From a virus (taxonomy: Duplodnaviria; Caudoviricetes), in IMG/VR virus record IMGVR_UViG_3300032322_002946, positions 1 through 63,048 of that record: DNA of 63,048 nucleotides. One strand, written 5' to 3'. Position 1 is the stretch's first letter. Each line of letters opens with the position of its first letter. Positions 59,397 to 63,048 of the stretch are shown here, piece by piece. The translations under genes were made by a program, and so were the position numbers. The notes under the pieces were generated by a model. It made no database searches. It worked only from the letters and a program-made list of their open reading frames with translations, and was not told the DNA's origin.

Positions 59397-60740
59397 ATGA
59401 TGAAAGAAACTTCAATTACAAACTTCCTATCAAAAGAGTATAAAGAATTCGCTATGTATTCAATTGAAGGTAGAGCTATACCTTCTGTTATTGATGGATT
59501 CAAACCTACTCAAAGAAAAATAATTCACATATCTGGTCAAATTTGGAAATCAGGAAACGAAAAAACAAAAAAGGTATTCCAGTTAGCCGGTGTTGTTGCT
59601 GACCAGGCTTACTATCACCACGGAAACGCATCACTTGAAAATGCCATCATCACAATGGCTCAGAAATTTAAGAATAACGCGCCTCTTTTAGAAGAGGAGG
59701 GTCAGTTTGGTTCAATCAGAAGTCCTCAGGCTGGCGCACCTAGATATATTGGAACTAAACTAAACGAGAACTTTAAGTTACTTTATAAAGACTCAGAACT
59801 TTTAGAATTCAAAGAAGAAGAAGGTGAGCAAATAGAGCCTAGATTTTTTCTACCTATAATTCCAACCGTGTTAATTAATGGATCATCCGGTATAGCTGTT
59901 GGATTTGCTTCAAATATTCTAAATAGAGATGTTAAAAGTATTATTGAGTGTTGTCAGAAGATTTTGACTGGTAAAAAAATATCTGAAGTAAAACCATCTC
60001 TTTATGGATTTACAGGTGAGTATATTCAAGATTTAGAAAATAATAAAAAGTGGTTTATCCGTGGTAGATTTACCAGAACAAACACAAGTACGATAAAAAT
60101 ATCTGAATTACCACCATCATTAACATACGAAAAATATGAAGAAATTCTTGATAAGTTAGTAGATGATAAACTTATAGTTTCATATGATGACAATTGTAAA
60201 GACAATATTGATTATACAATTAAATTTACAAGAGCAGATTTAGAAAAGTTAGATGATGATAAATTACTAAAATTATTAAAACTCGAAGAGACATCAACTG
60301 AAATATATTCTACTCTCGATGAGTTTGGAAAATTGAAGATATTTGAATCTACATCTGAAATTATAGAATACTTTGTCAATTTCAGATTGACATATTATCA
60401 CAAAAGAAAACAATTTTTACTTGATAAGTTAAACAGAGAATTAAAAATCTTATCTAACAAAGGTAGATTTATTAAAGCAATTATTGATGGTAAATTAAAA
60501 GTCAATAATGTTGCTAAAGCTCAAATAATTGAAGGAATAGAAGCTATGGGACTAGATAAGATTGATGATTCATATGATTACTTATTAAGAATGCCTATTT
60601 ACTCATTAACTAAAGAAATGTATGATAAATTAAAAGAAGACTTTAAGTTAAAGAAAGAAGAAATTGTGAAGTTAGAAGCAACTGATCCTAAGGATATGTA
60701 CTTAGATGATTTAAACGAACTGAAAAAGAAATTTAAGTAA
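59397..60740 (+). CDS. Type IIA topoisomerase breakage-reunion subunit (T4 gp52/GyrA-like)
   Basis: RAIPS..DGFKPTQRK, YHHG, GQFGS, APRYI, NG..GIAVG. Confidence 0.93.
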   Translation: MMKETSITNFLSKEYKEFAMYSIEGRAIPSVIDGFKPTQRKIIHISGQIWKSGNEKTKKVFQLAGVVADQAYYHHGNASLENAIITMAQKFKNNAPLLEEEGQFGSIRSPQAGAPRYIGTKLNENFKLLYKDSELLEFKEEEGEQIEPRFFLPIIPTVLINGSSGIAVGFASNILNRDVKSIIECCQKILTGKKISEVKPSLYGFTGEYIQDLENNKKWFIRGRFTRTNTSTIKISELPPSLTYEKYEEILDKLVDDKLIVSYDDNCKDNIDYTIKFTRADLEKLDDDKLLKLLKLEETSTEIYSTLDEFGKLKIFESTSEIIEYFVNFRLTYYHKRKQFLLDKLNRELKILSNKGRFIKAIIDGKLKVNNVAKAQIIEGIEAMGLDKIDDSYDYLLRMPIYSLTKEMYDKLKEDFKLKKEEIVKLEATDPKDMYLDDLNELKKKFK

Positions 60741-60763
60741 ACAACTTAATTTCTTTTTCATTA

Positions 60764-61450
60764 TTAATTTATTTTATAAATGTAGTATTTATGAATACCT
60801 ACATAGTCTTCTGTTTCCAATATATTGGTGAATGAGTCCTTAATCATATTCCTGTATAAATTTATCTTTTTCTTATTTTCAGTATCTCCAACTGATAACA
60901 ATTCACCTTTTATTTGATTTTCATAAAAGTCTAATAGTATCCAAGATATCTTTCTAAAAATAGGAAATAAATCATTTAATTTGGTCTCTTCACCAATTAT
61001 ATCTTCCAATATTTTAAACTCGCTGTTTGTTAGATTGCCTTTTTTTAAGAATTCTATAAGGTTATATTCATAATCATTCCATTGATTTCTAGTTGTAAAT
61101 ATAACATTGAATGTTTCTCTATTATTTATAGGAAAATAGACAAGAGATATAATATACGGAATACTATTCGAGAAAAATGATACAATATAATCAGACTTAC
61201 CTTTAATGAGAAAAGATGGTTGTTTTATAAAACTGTAGTCTACTTTTTCTGGTGTAATCTTAATTTCGTTTATAAACTTACCAAATTTTAATATCGCAGG
61301 TAATGATGTTCCGTTTTTGTTATACATACCTGAATGATAAATATCTTCACCAAAATGTTCCTTTAACATTTTATCTGTATATCCACTTCTTTTAAGCTTT
61401 CTATATTCTATGAACTTTTCCTTAGTCCATCTTTCATTATAATCATTCAT
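60764..61450 (-). CDS. Hypothetical protein with internal leader-like motif
   Basis: ILKFGKFINE at about residues 53-62. Confidence 0.55.
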   Translation of the reverse strand: MNDYNERWTKEKFIEYRKLKRSGYTDKMLKEHFGEDIYHSGMYNKNGTSLPAILKFGKFINEIKITPEKVDYSFIKQPSFLIKGKSDYIVSFFSNSIPYIISLVYFPINNRETFNVIFTTRNQWNDYEYNLIEFLKKGNLTNSEFKILEDIIGEETKLNDLFPIFRKISWILLDFYENQIKGELLSVGDTENKKKINLYRNMIKDSFTNILETEDYVGIHKYYIYKIN

Positions 61451-61652
61451 TATCTTTATTCATCTTTATATTTGAAAATACCATTTATGTTTGAAACTTT
61501 ACCAATCACACCAAATTATATCAATTTGATGATTATTTTATTTTCTATAGATAATTTTTAAAAATTTATATAATCAATCCTGAACTTTTATTTTATATAT
61601 ATTAAATAGCCTTTTGTAAACTTTTATTATATTTGTAAGATATAATTTAGTA

Positions 61653-61751
61653 ATGGAGAAAATGAAAAGATATGAGGATTTCAAGAATGAAAGTAATGAA
61701 ACTGATTACCTCACTAAAGAAGAACTTGAAAGAGTAAGATGGACTAAATAA
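61653..61751 (+). CDS. Short ORF or remnant with leader motif
   Basis: MEKMKRYEDFKNESNETDYLTKEELERVRWTK. Confidence 0.35.
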   Translation: MEKMKRYEDFKNESNETDYLTKEELERVRWTK

Positions 61752-61820
61752 TTGTTGACGAAGAACTTTATAATAAATTATCTAATTAATATTTTTTTAC
61801 TATATTTGTAAAATATTCAA

Positions 61821-62921
61821 ATGATAATAATGAGACAAGAACTATTTAATCTTATTGAAGGTAAATCTCCTGGATCAAGACCACTATATCTTGTTATCCG
61901 TGGTTCTCATGCATATGGAACTAATGTCCCAACTTCAGATATTGACTATGCTGGTGTTTTTATTCAATCACTTAGTGACATTTTAGGAAATTCTTACAAA
62001 GAACAAATCAATGATGATAATAATGATATTGTGATCTATGAAATTCGAAGATTTTTAGAACTATTACAAAGTAATAATCCAACCGTATTAGAACTCTTAA
62101 ATACCCCAGAAGATTGTGTTATTTATAAACATCCTATCTTTGATGAAGTTCTAAATAACAGAGATAAATTCATAACTAAAATCTGTGCTAAGTCTTTTGG
62201 TGGTTATGCTAAACAACAAATCTCAAAAGCAAAAGGCCAAGATAAAAAACAAAACTGGGAAAAGGATAGAGTTAGTAGAAAAACCCCAATCGATTTTTGT
62301 TATATTCACAAAGGTGAGTACTCTTACAACTTAAAAGAGTATTTAGAAAAACATAATATACCTCAACAACTTTGTGGTTTGTCAAAATCTCCTCATGGTA
62401 AAGATATCTATGCTCTTTTCTTTAGTGAAGAGTTTGTAAAATTTAAAGGTATTGAGTTTGAAAATTCTAACGATATTCGACTTAGTTCTATTCCAAAAGA
62501 TTTACCTGAGAGTTGTTTTATAGGTCATATCTCTTATAATAAAGATGGTTATTCACAACATTGTAAAGACTATTTATCTTATCAAACTTGGTTACAAGAA
62601 AGAAATGAGTCTCGTTGGGTTGATGTAAAATCTCACGGTCAAAAGATTGATGGTAAAAATATGATGCATTGTGTTAGATTAATGCAGATGGCTCGTGAAA
62701 TTGCCGAAGGTAAAGGAATTAATGTTCGTAGATTAAATGCTGATGAATTAATTTCAATCAGAAAAGGTGAAGTTGATTTACAAACTTTAATTAATAATGT
62801 TGAGTCAGAAATTGTAGAAATCGATAATCTATTCGATGCTTCTAACTTACCAGACAAAGTTGAACCTAACTTAATAAATGAGATTCTAATTTTTATCAGA
62901 AAAAATATTTATAATATATAA
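61821..62921 (+). CDS. Pol-beta-like nucleotidyltransferase (RlaP/Nuc-transf-like)
   Basis: RGSHAYG...SDIDYAGV, NPTVLELL, KNMMHCVRL, L.IRKG. Confidence 0.8.
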   Translation: MIIMRQELFNLIEGKSPGSRPLYLVIRGSHAYGTNVPTSDIDYAGVFIQSLSDILGNSYKEQINDDNNDIVIYEIRRFLELLQSNNPTVLELLNTPEDCVIYKHPIFDEVLNNRDKFITKICAKSFGGYAKQQISKAKGQDKKQNWEKDRVSRKTPIDFCYIHKGEYSYNLKEYLEKHNIPQQLCGLSKSPHGKDIYALFFSEEFVKFKGIEFENSNDIRLSSIPKDLPESCFIGHISYNKDGYSQHCKDYLSYQTWLQERNESRWVDVKSHGQKIDGKNMMHCVRLMQMAREIAEGKGINVRRLNADELISIRKGEVDLQTLINNVESEIVEIDNLFDASNLPDKVEPNLINEILIFIRKNIYNI

Positions 62922-62924
62922 TTT

Positions 62925-63048
62925 ATGAGTTTTGATATAATATTAATAATAGTTTCATCTGTATTTCTAGGAATCTCAATAAATAGATGGTGGTCTTCTT
63001 TAATTGATACCAGAAACAAAAAGAAAAAAATTAATAATAAAAATAAAA
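62925..63048 (+). CDS. Partial small membrane protein (runs off window)
   Basis: MSFDIILIIVSSVFLGISINRWW. Confidence 0.35.
   Translation, partial: MSFDIILIIVSSVFLGISINRWWSSLIDTRNKKKKINNKNK

Noticed and set aside
20933-60740. Inteins or introns in nrdB and the topoisomerase subunits
   Set aside because: Protein lengths are typical and no splicing motifs or interruptions were seen.
1463-62857. Short antisense or overlapping ORFs in the track (e.g. 1463, 3092, 7686, 8149, 11534, 12957, 13795, 17953, 19826, 23979, 26035, 26983, 27120, 27286, 30702, 32416, 34860, 35630, 37373, 39775, 41550, 46279, 46902, 49539, 53134, 55711, 59279, 62639)
   Set aside because: They are shadows of longer well-supported genes, with atypical composition and no motifs.
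1-63048. Stop-codon reassignment (code 15 or 4) as in some huge phages
   Set aside because: Known genes (dnaK, nrdB, topoisomerase, uvsE) are full length in code 11, coding density is high, and TAG and TGA end genes at sensible positions.
1-63048. Bacterial chromosome origin suggested by dnaK, dnaJ, grpE, nusG and glycan genes
   Set aside because: These are interspersed with gp32-like SSB, neck, tail-tube-like, Rnl1 and T4-type topoisomerase genes, and lack bacterial operon context such as secE-nusG-rplK.
1-63048. CRISPR array or tRNA genes
   Set aside because: No regularly spaced repeats and no cloverleaf with a TTCGA T-loop seen by eye in intergenic regions; a tRNAscan-SE run would confirm.

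Overview
AT-rich, gene-dense 63 kb segment of a large (jumbo/huge) T4-like myophage, read in the standard code 11, and very probably infecting Bacteroidota. The host inference rests on repeated TAnnTTTG (-7 type) promoters, A/T-rich leaders without Shine-Dalgarno sites and a sigma54-like site before dnaK. It carries a 10 kb glycan-modification cluster, structural genes (tail tube-like, neck gp13-like, LysM virion protein, endolysin) and replication/nucleotide genes (gp32 SSB, nrdB, IMPDH/GMPR, dCMP deaminase, RNase H-like exonuclease, split topoisomerase II, UvsE). Host-like genes include dnaK, dnaJ, grpE and nusG. Three signals stand out. (1) An ~80 nt three-hairpin RNA right after an HNH gene has two loops that are antisense to adjacent segments of 23S rRNA helix 69-71. 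(2) About 24 unrelated proteins share an N-terminal MK(Y/H)LKx(Y/F)xxFE-type leader and sit behind a TTAATATATA promoter; this resembles T4 capsid-targeting/prohead-protease signals, and the cargo includes an RNA ligase, a 2H phosphodiesterase, a nuclease, a peptidase and membrane proteins. (3) About 10 small proteins share a C-terminal R(D/E)xK(I/L)xx(L/I)(L/I) tag. Product calls come from motif recognition only; no database searches were run.
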